A program made the translations under genes and the position numbers. From Cystobasidiomycetes sp. EMM_F5 (lineage: Eukaryota), in the NCBI GenBank assembly GCA_051047955.1, contig JBPGPT010000009.1:496001-560000 (forward strand): a stretch of DNA of 64,000 nucleotides, in the 5' to 3' direction. Shown here piece after piece: positions 1 through 15,276 of the stretch. The notes under the pieces were generated by a model that saw only the letters and a list, made by a program, of their open reading frames with translations, was not told where the DNA came from and did no database searches. Each line of letters starts with the position of its first letter. Position 1 is the first letter of the stretch.

Positions 1-1628
<1,628 letters not shown>

Positions 1629-1930
1629 GGTGCAGACTGCTGCTTCAGTTGGTGCTGAAGCGTCGCAGAAAATCTCAATGGCAGAGAGGTTTAGCTCGTC
1701 CCTGTCAGCGGTGCCGGATCCAGAAAGGGGCTGGCAACGATCAAACGGGCAGGCAAACAGGTTTAAAAAGGGCAACACGGAGGAACGCGCAGAGGATTTG
1801 TGACTAGTCTGACTCGTACAATAGGGGACTTAGGTCTATATCTACTTGGAAGCGCGAAGAAAGAACGGCACAAAAAGCGGATAAAAGACGTGGCAATGGG
1901 ATATCTACTGCGTCTGCGGACTTGTTCGTA

Positions 1931-2404
1931 TCAGACGATTCCTTCGCTCTTACGATATTCCGTAAAGACATCGATTGGGCAAAGATGCTTCTGCAGTTGT
2001 AAGCTGCTATCGAGTCACTGTTCTGAATCACAAGCAGTCCATTCGCGCGTCCCGCGCTCAAATCTCACCTTGCGTATCCCGCCGCTGTTGGTGATGCTTC
2101 TACTGCTGCTGCTGCTGCTGGCCGATGCGGTAGACGTGCTGCTGCGTGGCGGTGAGATGCGTGCGGTACCGATTGGACCAGTGGATTGGCCAGACTGCAC
2201 AGATTGAGTGGTATGAGCCCCGAACTTGGAGAAGGGGGAGGCAGAAAACGGCTGTCGAGGCGATTGGGGCGCAGTGGAACGCTGTGGCTGCAAGGCAACG
2301 GCACTGGCCTGCGATCCAGCTACCGTGTTGTTTAAGGGATGCTTTTGCAGGAATTGTTTGTACCGATCGAAGTCATCCGAATAGGAACTGGGACCTTGCT
2401 GCAT
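1931..2404 (-). CDS. Small Ser/Pro-rich orphan protein, copy A of a tandem trio (exon1 2404-2069, probable exon2 1990-1931, about 131 aa)
   Basis: ATG ORF ending GGIRK at a phase-0 GTGAGA donor. Candidate exon2 reads KHLCPIDVFTEYRKSEGIV*. Shares motifs with copies B and C. The acceptor choice is ambiguous. Confidence 0.5.
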
Positions 2405-2867
2405 GCTGAAAGGATGTGGCAGGCAGCAAGGTAGCCGGTGTGCAGGTGCAGTGCGGTTCGGTCGCTGTGGTGAAGCGTATGACTAGTTGGTTGAGCAGAA
2501 GAGAGCTTCAGCGATTCAGTCACCTTTCTAGATTCCAGTAATCCTCTGTGAAGAAGACGTTATGCAGCGCCTGATTACACAGGGTGGCGATACCTTGCCC
2601 ACACGCCAAGCTTAGTATGCACACGCCAAGGGGAAAACAGGGAGCTAGCAGTGCAGTCAGCAGAATTGATGCGGGTATGGGTCGAAAGATGAACGCGAAC
2701 GAATCTCAGTCCGCAGCGTCAGGAGACATTTCACCGCACATTTCTGGCTTGATACAAAAAGATTGGCCTGCCTCACGATTGGGGTCACTTCGTTTGCATG
2801 AACGATGAACAAAAGAGCTGGGCTTCCCGCACCGTTGAGTAATCGTGAAGTGTTCCAGCATGCTGCA

Positions 2868-3330
2868 TCACAATTCCCTTCCCAGCCTAGTATACTCAAG
2901 CATGGTACTTTGGTAGCTAGCCCTGCCAAGTGTGCCGGAAGTCAAAAGCCGAGCTAGTTGACGATATCGTTCGAAATTCGCGTTAGAGGGCTTTGTCACA
3001 ATCTATCGCGAGGTGAATAATCAGTGTAAGGCAGGCTCATACAAATTAGACCGGCGTCACCTTCCTGATCCCACCGCCGTATACCCCGCCACAGGAGGAG
3101 GAGGTATTGGGTGACGAGGCATATCGTGCTTTGACTCGAAAGTCGGTAGCAGCAGGCGGAGAGGTGATAGTTGTCTTGGCCTTTGGTGAGCTACGCGGGG
3201 TCTCGGTCGACCGAGGTGCCTGAGCTTGAGGTGTTCGATCGGCTGGTTGGCAGCCATGCCATTTCGGGGGTCCTTTTGAATACAACGACGAGTACGGATA
3301 CTCTATGTATGCACCCGTACGAGATTGCAT
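2868..3330 (-). CDS. Small orphan protein, copy B of trio (exon1 3330-3061, intron 3060-3003, exon2 3002-2868; 134 aa)
   Basis: Phase-0 GTGACG..CTGAT..GATAG intron. Exon2 IVTKPSNANFERYRQLARLLTSGTLGRASYQSTMLEYTRLGREL* aligns without gaps to exon2 of copy C. Confidence 0.65.
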
Positions 3331-4052
3331 CGTATTTGCCTTTGGCTGTTAGGTGTTAAGGATAACCAACGCAGATGACGAATTGGTCCAGACGAGAGTT
3401 TGGGTGCTGGATGGAGTATTAAGAGTAGGGATGTAACAGAAAAATGCGCACGCGCTTATGACACGGCTGCGTAGATGTTTCAGGGTCTTGAATTGCCGTG
3501 AATGACCTCGCCTTTTCACAATAAGGCTGTGAACAGTCCTTGAAAGTTCTGAACGTGTGATACGTGCGTGAATGGCAACTAACTATGCAGACTTACCAGC
3601 AGTAATGTTGCGGGATCGGTTTCGTCACTCACAGGACATTGGTTGCATTTCGCAGATGCGACATCATTCAGCGTCAATAAAGGCTGATGGATCAGTCAGT
3701 AATAAGCATATGCATACTGAGCAAGTCCGTCTGCGAAAGAGACTGTTCGCTAACGTGACCTCGTCAGGCAAGGGTGTTACTCAGCCCGTCGCCTCTGCAC
3801 AACTTCACCTGGCTGGAAGCATGCCCATTCAGAACTGCGTCAGGTAAGCGGACAGCATATAACAGTACCATGCCAGGTTACTCGTGTGCAGAAATCGTAC
3901 ACACAGTAAGCATTCGCATCAGATACTGCCGTCTGACTGTCAGGAATTGCTAGCAGATAACGCAAGCCTAACAATGTCTGTGCGGCCGATTCATTGGGGG
4001 AATGTATGAAGCTACAGATAGGTTGGAGAGTCACGATGCATAAAGCGCGAGC

Positions 4053-4553
4053 CTAGAATGGATCTCGGATGAGGTCAGTGTACCTTCGCATAGCTTTATC
4101 ATACGCTTGGCCGCGCAGAGTCTGCGAGTTAATCTGACTGGCCAGCCGTCGTACTTCATTGTAATTTCCGTCGTTCCTCGTTGGCTATCGCATTAGTATT
4201 GTCAGCGTTGAATGTACCGAGCGTGCAGACGGACTTGCCTTGTGTACTCCGGTTGAAGTATTGCGCACATCACGACTCACCCTTCCTGTTGGACTCGTGT
4301 TTGGGCTGGACCTGGAGCTTGAGCTTGAGCTTAGGCTTGTCACTGTGGGGGAAGGAGATGCACAAAAGTTATCGTAGGGCAGCAGATTTCCGAAGGGTCC
4401 AGTCGGCTTTACAGAGACGTAAGGGTTGGGCGCCGAGGTGGGACCCACTGGCTGACGAGACATGTGTGAATAACGCATGTTGCTGTCGCTGTGCTGAACG
4501 AATTGCTGGACGTTTGCGGGAACAGGCTTATTGGCGAATGATTTACTGCTCAT
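4053..4553 (-). CDS. Small orphan protein, copy C of trio (exon1 4553-4281, intron 4280-4185, exon2 4184-4053; 134 aa)
   Basis: Phase-0 GTGAGT..CTAAT..GATAG intron. Exon2 PTRNDGNYNEVRRLASQINSQTLRGQAYDKAMRRYTDLIRDPF* is homologous to copy B exon2. Confidence 0.65.
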
Positions 4554-5075
4554 TCTGACAATGATGTACCGTATTTCAGTGTATTTCGGGGAGTTTGAAT
4601 GTTACGAGGAATTGCAATATGAGAAGAGCAAAGCTGGACATTGACATGCCCAGAACAATTTGGACTATGCAGAATTGGCGGCAGTGCGCAGAGGCAGTCT
4701 ATAGCCCTTTCAGCGAGGATGCCCCTTCACCGATAGCCTCGCCGACAAGACACAAAGGAGATGACCGTTCAAAGGTCATCTGGGCACACGCGACCTGCGC
4801 GAATGCAATACTGTAATCGTGTATGTGCACACTTTTGGGTGGTGTGGCAGTGGCTTTGCGGCATCATCTTGTCGTCAAAGGTCGTGAGTATTCCGAGCCA
4901 CCTAGAGCAGCTTCCAGCGGCCAGCGGCCAGCAGTCAGCAGTCAGCAGTCAGAATTCTAGCAGGCCAGAATGAATAATCCTAGCCTTTGTGAGATGGTAG
5001 ACTTCCAGAGCCATTACGGTGTTAATTGCCATGATCTGGCCAATCGACTGAAGGCCATGGTTTTACGCCCGACCA

Positions 5076-6747
5076 ATGTCCGCATATATGTATCGCCTGA
5101 ATGGGCGCATCTCTGCGTCTCTAAGGAGTGCGTCAACGTCGACCAGCGCACTTGATCCATCCAGACTGTGCCAGCTGTGCGGCGCTATATTGCGGAACCG
5201 GACGTTATATGCCAGAACTTTCACCACTAGCCAGACGAAGTATGCTGCTGGTACCAAGCCGCAATCAGTAACGCGATCCAGTCCCGTGAAACCCAAGAAA
5301 GCCCCGCTCAAAATCTTGGGTGATAGGGGAGGGATGCGACGCGAGAAAGACCTGTACAATCTCACTGGAAAACAAAAAAGACACTTGACAAGTTTGGAGG
5401 ATGCTCGCCAGCTTGTAGCTAGCATGGATCTAGTGAAGACTAAAAAGAATCTAACAGTCATCGACCTGTATGCCGGTTCGCTCATTTCTCCTGAAACCCG
5501 CTGCCTAAAGTAACTGCATCTGAGCCCTTGAAACATATTGATTTCCTCAACACAGGCGAGGGATTCCTCTCACAAGCCCTTCTGGAATTACCTAATGTCG
5601 AACAGGTCATTGCCGTTGACCCAGTCACAAGCAATATTTCCCGCATGGAGGTGGGTGAGAGCATCACGTTCATATCGGTGGAGTTTATCAGATTTCAAAT
5701 TGACTTATTATGATGTCATTCTAGCCTCTCATCGAAGCCAGCGCCGGCAGGTTGCAGGTTCTTGCTCTCGACCCATTCTGGTGGGATACCTATCGGATCA
5801 TTCGCGAGAAAGGTCTGCTAGATCGCGTGCCTACAATATCGTGGGACGAGAGTATGTTCAATGATCATGCGCGAGTCTCATGTATGCAGCTGACGCTTGC
5901 AGCGTATTTTGTGAATGTAGCCCATCCGAACCTGATCATTACGGGGCAAATTCCAAAATCCGTGAATGCTCGACGTTTAGTATATCAGCAGCTGCTATGT
6001 TCCGTCGACCAGGCCTGGCTCTACACACTTGGCCGCTTCGAATCGTACTTTGTCCTCGAGTCCAACTTTTCAAAGGTAGGTTAGCGGTTTACCGTCAGCC
6101 ATAAAAGCTGCTGCTATTAGTCTGATTGATCTAATTACCCTCACTAAATAGAAATTGATGGCGCCGGTTGGAGACAAAGCAAGAACTAAGGCAGCGGTAG
6201 TGATTGAAAGTTGCACGAGTATCACAGAACTCCCGTGGGTATCGGAGAAAAGCCAGCCCACGGCTAAATCACCGCGCGCATTGCTCAGCTTTGTCAAGTT
6301 TCTTCCCCATTTTCACCATACGCCACGAGATCCCATATTCACGGAGGCTCTCGAGTTTCTGGCGAAAAATCTCTTTGTTCATCCAAGCAAGCCTTGGTCA
6401 GAATCACTCAAGTAAATTCCGTTATTCTCATTGCGCTGCAAGGATGCTCAACCTCTATTATTGGCTACAGATACGTAGCCCCAGGAGCTGAAAATATTCA
6501 GCATATAATGAAGGAAAATGGGCGTGCCGTTGACCCTGCTAAGCAGGCGAGGGCGATTACTGCCGAAGAGTGGCAATGGATAACGGAAGCCTTCTTACAA
6601 TGGCCCTTTCGACCCAAGGTTGGTCCCCGTGTCTGCAAACGTGATACCTACCATGCTAACAGAAACTGATGCCCTCAGGACCTAGATCAGGACGATGTCA
6701 AGCAAGATATTGTTGATGATAGGAGCGGGGCTAGGCGTATTTACTAG
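5076..6747 (+). CDS. MTF1: Mitochondrial transcription factor B / KsgA-Dim1-like methyltransferase fold, multi-exon
   Basis: Arg-rich presequence-like N-terminus, VIDLYAG..GFLSQALL SAM-binding-like motif, NLIITGQIP, and C-terminal EAFLQWPFRP resembling the Mtf1 C-terminus. Confidence 0.7.
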
Positions 6748-7163
6748 ACCGTATATCCAGTGTCATTGGTGTCGCGTCTCATTGCCGTCTACGCTACTGC
6801 ATTCTCTATAAATCCATCTCAGCACCACCTTTCCAGGTTGACTTTTCTCCAAAACATCCCTATGCTCAGGGCGGCCGTACAAACGTCTGCGTCGAGGTTA
6901 TCCGGAGCACTGCAATCGCATGCGCCTATCTGAAGGACGACCCATGCAGCCTAGGTCGTTGCACAGGGCAGACCGAAACTTCACGCCTGGTATCTACTCG
7001 CTCGTCGGCCCTTGGGCATCTTCTATATGGGCGGAGTTCGTTTAATTTTCGGCTGAGACATCTATAGCGTTAATGAGTATCGTTGTAGCGGATAGTCTTG
7101 CTGGTTGTACGGAGACCACATTTGTTGAAACAGCTCGAGCTCTTAACGACCTCAGTACCCTCT

Positions 7164-9022
7164 ATGCAGCAATCAGCTGTCCGACTGCTCAGGCAGCCCG
7201 CGAATTCTGGCATTCATGGCGTACGGCGTCAGCATGGAGATCTCGCTACTCTGCTGCGTGCAGTCTCGAAGATACAGCAGCCCGTAGCCAAAAGATGGCA
7301 ATCAAATCTTCCCAAAAATGCCATCCCAAACATGGACAGCCGACTGCAAGGACTGAAGTCTATGCCGTCGAGCATTCCTCGTGAAGACTACGCTACTCCT
7401 GCCATGTACTCCTTCGGCATTTTTGCTCGTAAGTGGTGAAAGCTTTCGTCATTCCGGCGCCTGAATCGACATGGCGTCACACAGGTATATTTCGTTACTC
7501 TGTCTATGCCTCGGTCGCAATCGTCCTCAGCGGTACCCTTCTACTGGTCTCTGTCCACGCGTATGTCGAATATATCGCCTTGCATGGTCTCAAACGGTTG
7601 CGCTTGTCCGACATCGAAGACGCCTCTTCAGTATACGCATTAGAGGACCTTCTACCAAATTACACCGGAGCACATCTTGGCGGCGGGACTGATCCTGCCA
7701 TTGGCTTCTGGGCGAGAAACGCGATGAGAGGAGCCTGGATATCGCTACATATGCGCAAAGGGGCCGCAGTCATTGAGAATCGGCAAGCGTACACTGATGT
7801 GGCAGTTCCCGATGAGGCTTGGCTGTCGGCTGAGGGCTACTTGAAGTACGCTATGGAGCAGATCGACAAGATCGAGGAGGAGAAGGGTGTATCTTTGGGC
7901 GCGGCAAAGCGGGAAGTGTCTATGCAGTTAGCAGAAGTCGGGAGCAAGCTGGCAGGCGCGAGAGGATTGAGCGATGCAAGACGAATATATCAGGGCATTC
8001 TGATGGATGAAGAATCAAAATCCTCAACTCCGCATTCAGGCGGCAATGCCGAAATTCAAAGGCTGCTAGGCGAGGTGGAGATGCGCATCATCAACGAGGT
8101 TCTCGGCGACCGGATTACTATGGAAGCCAAGGCTAGGGAGCAGCAAAAGGCAGTCTCTCGGCTCGCAGACGCAGTCAACTCTGCCATCGAACGATGTGGA
8201 GGAACAGTCGCAAGCGCCACTTCCACTCCCGCTGCCGACGCCACGCCTGTGTCTACGCAGCCGCCTGCAAAAGCTCATTGGTGGTCGGCTGCGCCGGGAC
8301 CCGAATTGCCATTCGCACAACCCGAAGCACCAGCCTCGTCCGCTTTTGCTCTTCCCATTGACGCCCACCCCGCTGCCATCAGGGACTTTGTTTCTGCAGT
8401 GCTGAGCTTATCATTAGCACTGGCGTCGATAGGTCAGGTCGCCTCGGCACTTCAATCTGTTACGCAAGCTCTCGATTACGTCGACCGTATTTCTGCCATT
8501 CAGCCATCGCGTACTTCGGACACTCAGCGAACATACCGCAGCTGGCTAGTCTCGCGTAAAGCTCTCCTACAATCATATGCAGGCGAGCTCAATTACGCAA
8601 TCTTGCCGAAACCCGCCAAATCGGTTGCCGGCCCGTCCCCAGATGAGCAGCTCGCTTCAGCGGTGCTGAGCGCGCAAGAAGCCATCACTTCCTTGCCTTC
8701 GCTATCTACAGGATCTAGATTTTCACCTCCGCATCCCCTGAGTACCCCTCACTTGGACGCTGCACAAGCTGCACACAAAGCGGGGGCACTGGCCGCACGT
8801 ACTAGGGCGGTATTGGCCGAGAACAGCAAGGACGATAGAACAGCTCTAAAGCATTACGAGACGGCCCTGTCGTTTGTCGAAACCAGCCACTCCAATTTCG
8901 CGATGGAGCAGGCTGCCTTGAAAGAGCAGATCATTAGCGGTATCAGGCGGACACGAGCACGATTAGTGCCGGCGGAAGGGTTGTCAGAAGCTGCGAAAAG
9001 TCCAATAGCACAGCAAAGGTAG
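7164..9022 (+). CDS. Hypothetical helical protein, probably mitochondrial with one TM segment
   Basis: 529-codon ORF joined to an upstream exon by a GTAAGT intron at about 7428-7482. Arg-rich N-terminus, hydrophobic stretch SVAIVLSGTLLLVSVHAYV, Ala/Leu-rich helical body. Start is uncertain. Confidence 0.65.
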
Positions 9023-9217
9023 CGCAATCAGCCATTGTATACCAAATCCCGATCTCTCGAATCGAGAAAGCTGGTTTCAGATGCCAAATGCTTGCTGCAT
9101 GATCTATTACGCTACAGACAGAATTGACAATGGTACTACTGAGCAATCAGGTCATGACAAAGTGGTCGGCGTGTCTGCCGTATTTTGGATGAGTAGGCAC
9201 CAATTCTGTCCTAGAGC

Positions 9218-10843
<1,626 letters not shown>

Positions 10844-11057
10844 GGTGCAGGATTAGTCCAAGCAGACTGGCTTATAAGTATTGCAGTAGAATTGTCTGCC
10901 TTGCGAGATTTGGCGACTAACTTAGCAGACTGTCGGCTGTGACTGGACGTCGGGAGGCGATCGAGATTGACACGTGCCCTGCGTCGGGTTACTTTCGGGG
11001 ACGATTTCAGTGAATCATCGGCTAGCAATTCCGCTGCTTCTTGCCTTTGCAGCAACC

Positions 11058-12284
11058 ATGGCTGACCCGTCAACGTGCCCTCCGCTGACTCCAGCATCCA
11101 TAAGAGCAGCCCACGCAAAGATCAAGCAGTACATCCATCGCACACCTCTTCTGACATGTCATACCATAGACAGAATCGCATCCACGCCATCCAATGGGAG
11201 TAGTACCGCTCCTCGTCTTCGCGTCTTCTTCAAATGCGAAAACATGCAACGTATTGGCGCATTCAAGGCCCGGGGTGCTTTTCACGCAATTCTACATCTC
11301 ATTGATAGTATGGGTCTGGACGAGCTGAGAAAGCGGGGTGTCGTCACGCACTCGTCAGGCAACCACGCACAAGCTCTGGCTCTTGCCGCCTACACATTCC
11401 AAGTCCCCGCGTATATTGTCATGCCGACAATCTCCACCCCTTCCAAGATATCTGGAACACAAGCGTACACGGATCACGTCATTTTCAGTGGATCAACGAG
11501 TCAAGAACGCGAGGCTGTTGTAGAGGACGTCATTAAGAAGACTGGGGCTATCCTGGTGCCACCATATGATCATCCCGACATCCAATTAGGACAAGGGACC
11601 GCTGCATACGAAATGGATCAGCAATACCGCGATCCCCAAACGTTTCCCGACCGTACTTATGCGAATGGTCATGCCAACGGCCACGAAAAGTCCTTGGCTA
11701 TGGTCATGACGCCTTTAGGGGGTGGAGGTCTCTGTTCTGGGAGCTGCATTTACTTTTCCGAATCGCCGAAGACCAGAGTTTTCGGAGCAGAACCATCTTA
11801 TCAAGGTGGAGACGACGCCAAGCGAGGGTTCTATGCTACACCACAAGAACGCATCACGACTGTCAAGACCCTCACGATCGCTGATGGTCTGAGGACACCT
11901 CTTGGTGTAAGACCGTGGGACGTTTTCACCGGTCAAGGCAACGATAAGAAGAAGAGACTGCTCGAGGGCATATACAGTGTCTCTGAAGAGCAAATTAAGG
12001 ATGCACTGAGACTCGTGATGGAGCGGATGAAGGTTTTCGTGGAACCAAGTGCCGTAGTTCCGCTAGCAGCTCTCCTGTATGACGAGGGTCTGCGAAAGTG
12101 GATAGAAAAGGAGCAGCAAGAGGGAGAGGTTTGGGACGTTGGTATCGTGCTGTCGGGCGGGAACACCACTCTCGAAGCCTTAGTGGGCATCTTTTCGGAA
12201 CATGCCAGCGAAGCAAAACAGGAGCGCGCGACTGCCACACTCGGCGCGGATGGTCGACGTGTTGCGGAGAATGTAGCAGGCTAG
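11058..12284 (+). CDS. PLP-dependent serine racemase / threo-3-hydroxyaspartate ammonia-lyase-like (fold type II), single exon
   Basis: FKCENMQRIGAFKARGA (PLP lysine), THSSGNHAQA, LGGGGL, TIADGLRT, VEPSA, LSGGN. Confidence 0.9.
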   Translation: MADPSTCPPLTPASIRAAHAKIKQYIHRTPLLTCHTIDRIASTPSNGSSTAPRLRVFFKCENMQRIGAFKARGAFHAILHLIDSMGLDELRKRGVVTHSSGNHAQALALAAYTFQVPAYIVMPTISTPSKISGTQAYTDHVIFSGSTSQEREAVVEDVIKKTGAILVPPYDHPDIQLGQGTAAYEMDQQYRDPQTFPDRTYANGHANGHEKSLAMVMTPLGGGGLCSGSCIYFSESPKTRVFGAEPSYQGGDDAKRGFYATPQERITTVKTLTIADGLRTPLGVRPWDVFTGQGNDKKKRLLEGIYSVSEEQIKDALRLVMERMKVFVEPSAVVPLAALLYDEGLRKWIEKEQQEGEVWDVGIVLSGGNTTLEALVGIFSEHASEAKQERATATLGADGRRVAENVAG

Positions 12285-12392
12285 GAGCGCGTAGGGTCGA
12301 TATTCGTTGACGTCAAGCTGCAGGCCGCATTTCTCGATCACCGTTTGTCATGACCGGAGTGAATGTTGTTCCTGCAGCAGTGGACGACAGAT

Positions 12393-13916
12393 ATGCAGCA
12401 GCGATGTTTGGTTGGCTTTGCGTCCACGAGTTTGTCTCCTCTCTGCAGACGTCCCGTTGCGAATCGCACAATCACGACACGGCGATTTGCCAAGAATGTC
12501 CGTGTCAATCGTCTCAGAAGCCCTCCCGTGCAACGAAGATGCGCCTCGAGCGAGCCTACCAGTATAACGGAAGATGAGCAGTTGGATCTGGCGCGACGGC
12601 ACTCAGATGAGGGCTCTATCATGGCTGTCCAATCTGGCCTCTTCAAACTCCTTCTGCCACTTCCAGGTATAGCCGGGACATCACTTGCGAAAAGAGCGGT
12701 AGCAGGCAAAGATGATGCTGTCATGTTCCTCCTTCATCCCCGTCAACCATTATCGTACATTGCGTCCTTGATAAGTGCTGAAGTATCGCCTCGTGGCAAA
12801 GAACCTATCGAAGTATCATTCCACGGCGCTCAGGAGAGCATAACGCAAGCCAAGCTCGAAAGCGCACCACAGACCCCACAGTGGGCGCAAGCAACAGAAC
12901 TGGGAGATTTTGTACAAGAAGCGGCGCAAGATAGCAAATTCGTGATTGCTCTACATGAAGAAGGCCAAAAGCCATCCATTACAGCAATCAGAGTGCCAAC
13001 CTTTGAACAGCGCACGCAGTTTCTGCGGGCGCGCCTTGGCGAGGTAACAACAGAGATACGCTCCTTGCTGGACATCAAGTCAGAATGCGACGATCTTGCC
13101 CTCAAAGGTGCCAAGCGGGCTGCTTTCGGAGGCTTTGCTGGTCTGGTTGGGTGTATGTATGAAGTTGCTGTCCAACGCCAATCTGTTGTGCTTACCGAAT
13201 CGGACCTAGATTGGGGAGTCGTATACTGGCTCACCTTCCACGTGTACGGATGGGATTTAATGGAGCCTGTCACGTATTTGACAGGTCTGTCAACAGACAC
13301 GAGTCTGTCTGCAAATGAGTGCTGACGTCTTCACATTAGGCTTGACGGGCATTATGGTATGTACCGGGGAAAATGCGGATTCAAACCTCGCTACTAATGC
13401 AGTCGTCGGTTCAGGGAGGCTATCTGTGGTTTTTATGTCAGTCTTGTGCCCCGCACTTTCGGAAATTAAGCTGATCAGATCTTACAGATCACCAAAAGGA
13501 AATGTAGGGTGGTGAAGGTGTGCCTGCGTAGCCTCAAGCTGACAAAGTCAACAGATCATACCGTTCTGTGTTCGAGATGAGCTCTTCAAAGCGCCGAGAG
13601 CAACTATACGACCAAAAGGTCAGTAGCGCCACGCTGTATTAGCAGCGCGTCTGACATCTTCACAATACAGGGATTTGATAGGCAGCGGTGGAAGGATCTT
13701 GTCGATGAGGGAACAGAGCTACGCAGAGCAATTAGTACGTCAGAAGACTGATACCCCTCAACCGATAGCGTGTCTAATCCCGGGACTCTTGCAGAAAAAA
13801 TTGCACAGGACTACGCAACCAAGTGGAGCATGGAGGCAGAGCTAGATGACGTAAAAGCTTCAAAGGAGATAAAGAAACACGAGAAGAAGGACGACGACAG
13901 GAGAAAGAGGGAATAG
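12393..13916 (+). CDS. MCU: Mitochondrial calcium uniporter, multi-exon
   Basis: FLLHPRQPLSY N-terminal domain, coiled coil, TM1-WDLMEPVTY (DIME-type filter)-TM2 [14 protein letters not shown] after splicing. Confidence 0.9.
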
Positions 13917-14193
13917 AAAGAAGACGAGTATTTCAGCATTTACGCCGACGAGACATGTTGACAGCTGTTAAGCAGTATCGCATAGACGGATAAGCTGTTT
14001 AGGCTGTTGTTGTAATACGTTGCGGTGGATGCATTGCACGGTCAAGATTCGGTCCGCCGGCTTTAGCGCCACATGTTCGGGCGGCGTACAGGGGGCGGCG
14101 CAAACAGGTGGAAAGAAAGTATGCGCTTCTTGCAGATTTCTCTCTTACACACAGTTCGACTTTCTCAAACCTGACTTCCCACATACTGTCACC

Positions 14194-15276
14194 ATGTCTG
14201 CACCAACGGTAAAGCTCAACAACGGCCATTCGATGCCATTGGTCGGGTTTGGCCTGTGGAAAGTAGACAATGCAGTCTGCGCCGACCAGGTCTACAACGC
14301 CATCAAGACTGGCTACAGATTGTTTGACGGTGCTTGCGACTACGGTAACGAGAAGGAGGTGAGTAAAGCATGCCGCGGAGTTTTGGCCATCTTCTTCGTT
14401 CGTTGATTGAATTCGCGACAGGCCGGCGAGGGTGTAGCGAGAGCCATTAAGGACGGTCTTGTCAAACGCGAGGAGCTCTTCCTAGTGTCCAAGCTGTGGA
14501 ACTCTTTCCACGACCCAGAACGCGTCAAGCCGATTGCAAAGAAGCAGCTGGCAGACTGGGGTATCGACTACTTCGACCTGTACATCGTGCACTTTCCCAT
14601 TGCTCTCAAGTATGTCGACCCATCTGTGCGCTACCCACCTGGCTGGAGTGACGAGAACGACAAGACTTCATTCGTCAAGACACCACTGCATGCGACCTGG
14701 AAGGCGATGGAGGAGCTCGTAGACGAAGGCCTAGCTAAATCTATCGGTGTTTCCAACTACAGCGCTAGTCTGATGCTGGACCTTGAGAGATATGCTCGTA
14801 TCATGCCCGCTACCCTCCAAATTGAACACCACCCATACTTGACACAAGAAAGCCTGATCAAATACTGTCAAGATCGAAAAATCGCCGTCACTGCCTACTC
14901 TTCCTTTGGTCCCATGTCATACGTCGAGCTGGAGATGGAGCATGCTACAAGCATTCCTCTGCTCTTCGACAATAAGACTGTTGCGGAGATTGCGAAGAAA
15001 GCCAATAAGGAACCGGCTCAAGTTCTGCTACGATGGGCCACTCAACGGGGCGTTGCGGTTATCCCGAAGTCCAACAATCAGGGTCGTCTCCAAGCCAATC
15101 TTGACGTGTGTAGCTTCGACTTGGCGCAGGAAGATATCAAGGCTATCAGTGCACTGAATTTGGGCCTGCATTTCAACGACCCACCAAAAGTACGTTCTCA
15201 AAGCACTTATACTTTAGCTTAGCACAGTTCTGATTCTCTCCCGCAGTACGGTATCGACGCGCCAATCTTCGGTTGA
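14194..15276 (+). CDS. XYL1: NAD(P)H-dependent D-xylose reductase (aldo-keto reductase AKR2B), 2 introns
   Basis: [50 protein letters not shown]. Confidence 0.92.

Noticed and set aside
6841..7160. Possible ncRNA or short upstream ORF between MTF1 and the 7164 gene
   Set aside because: No snRNA, snoRNA or tRNA hallmark found. The ATG at 6862 closes after 23 codons.
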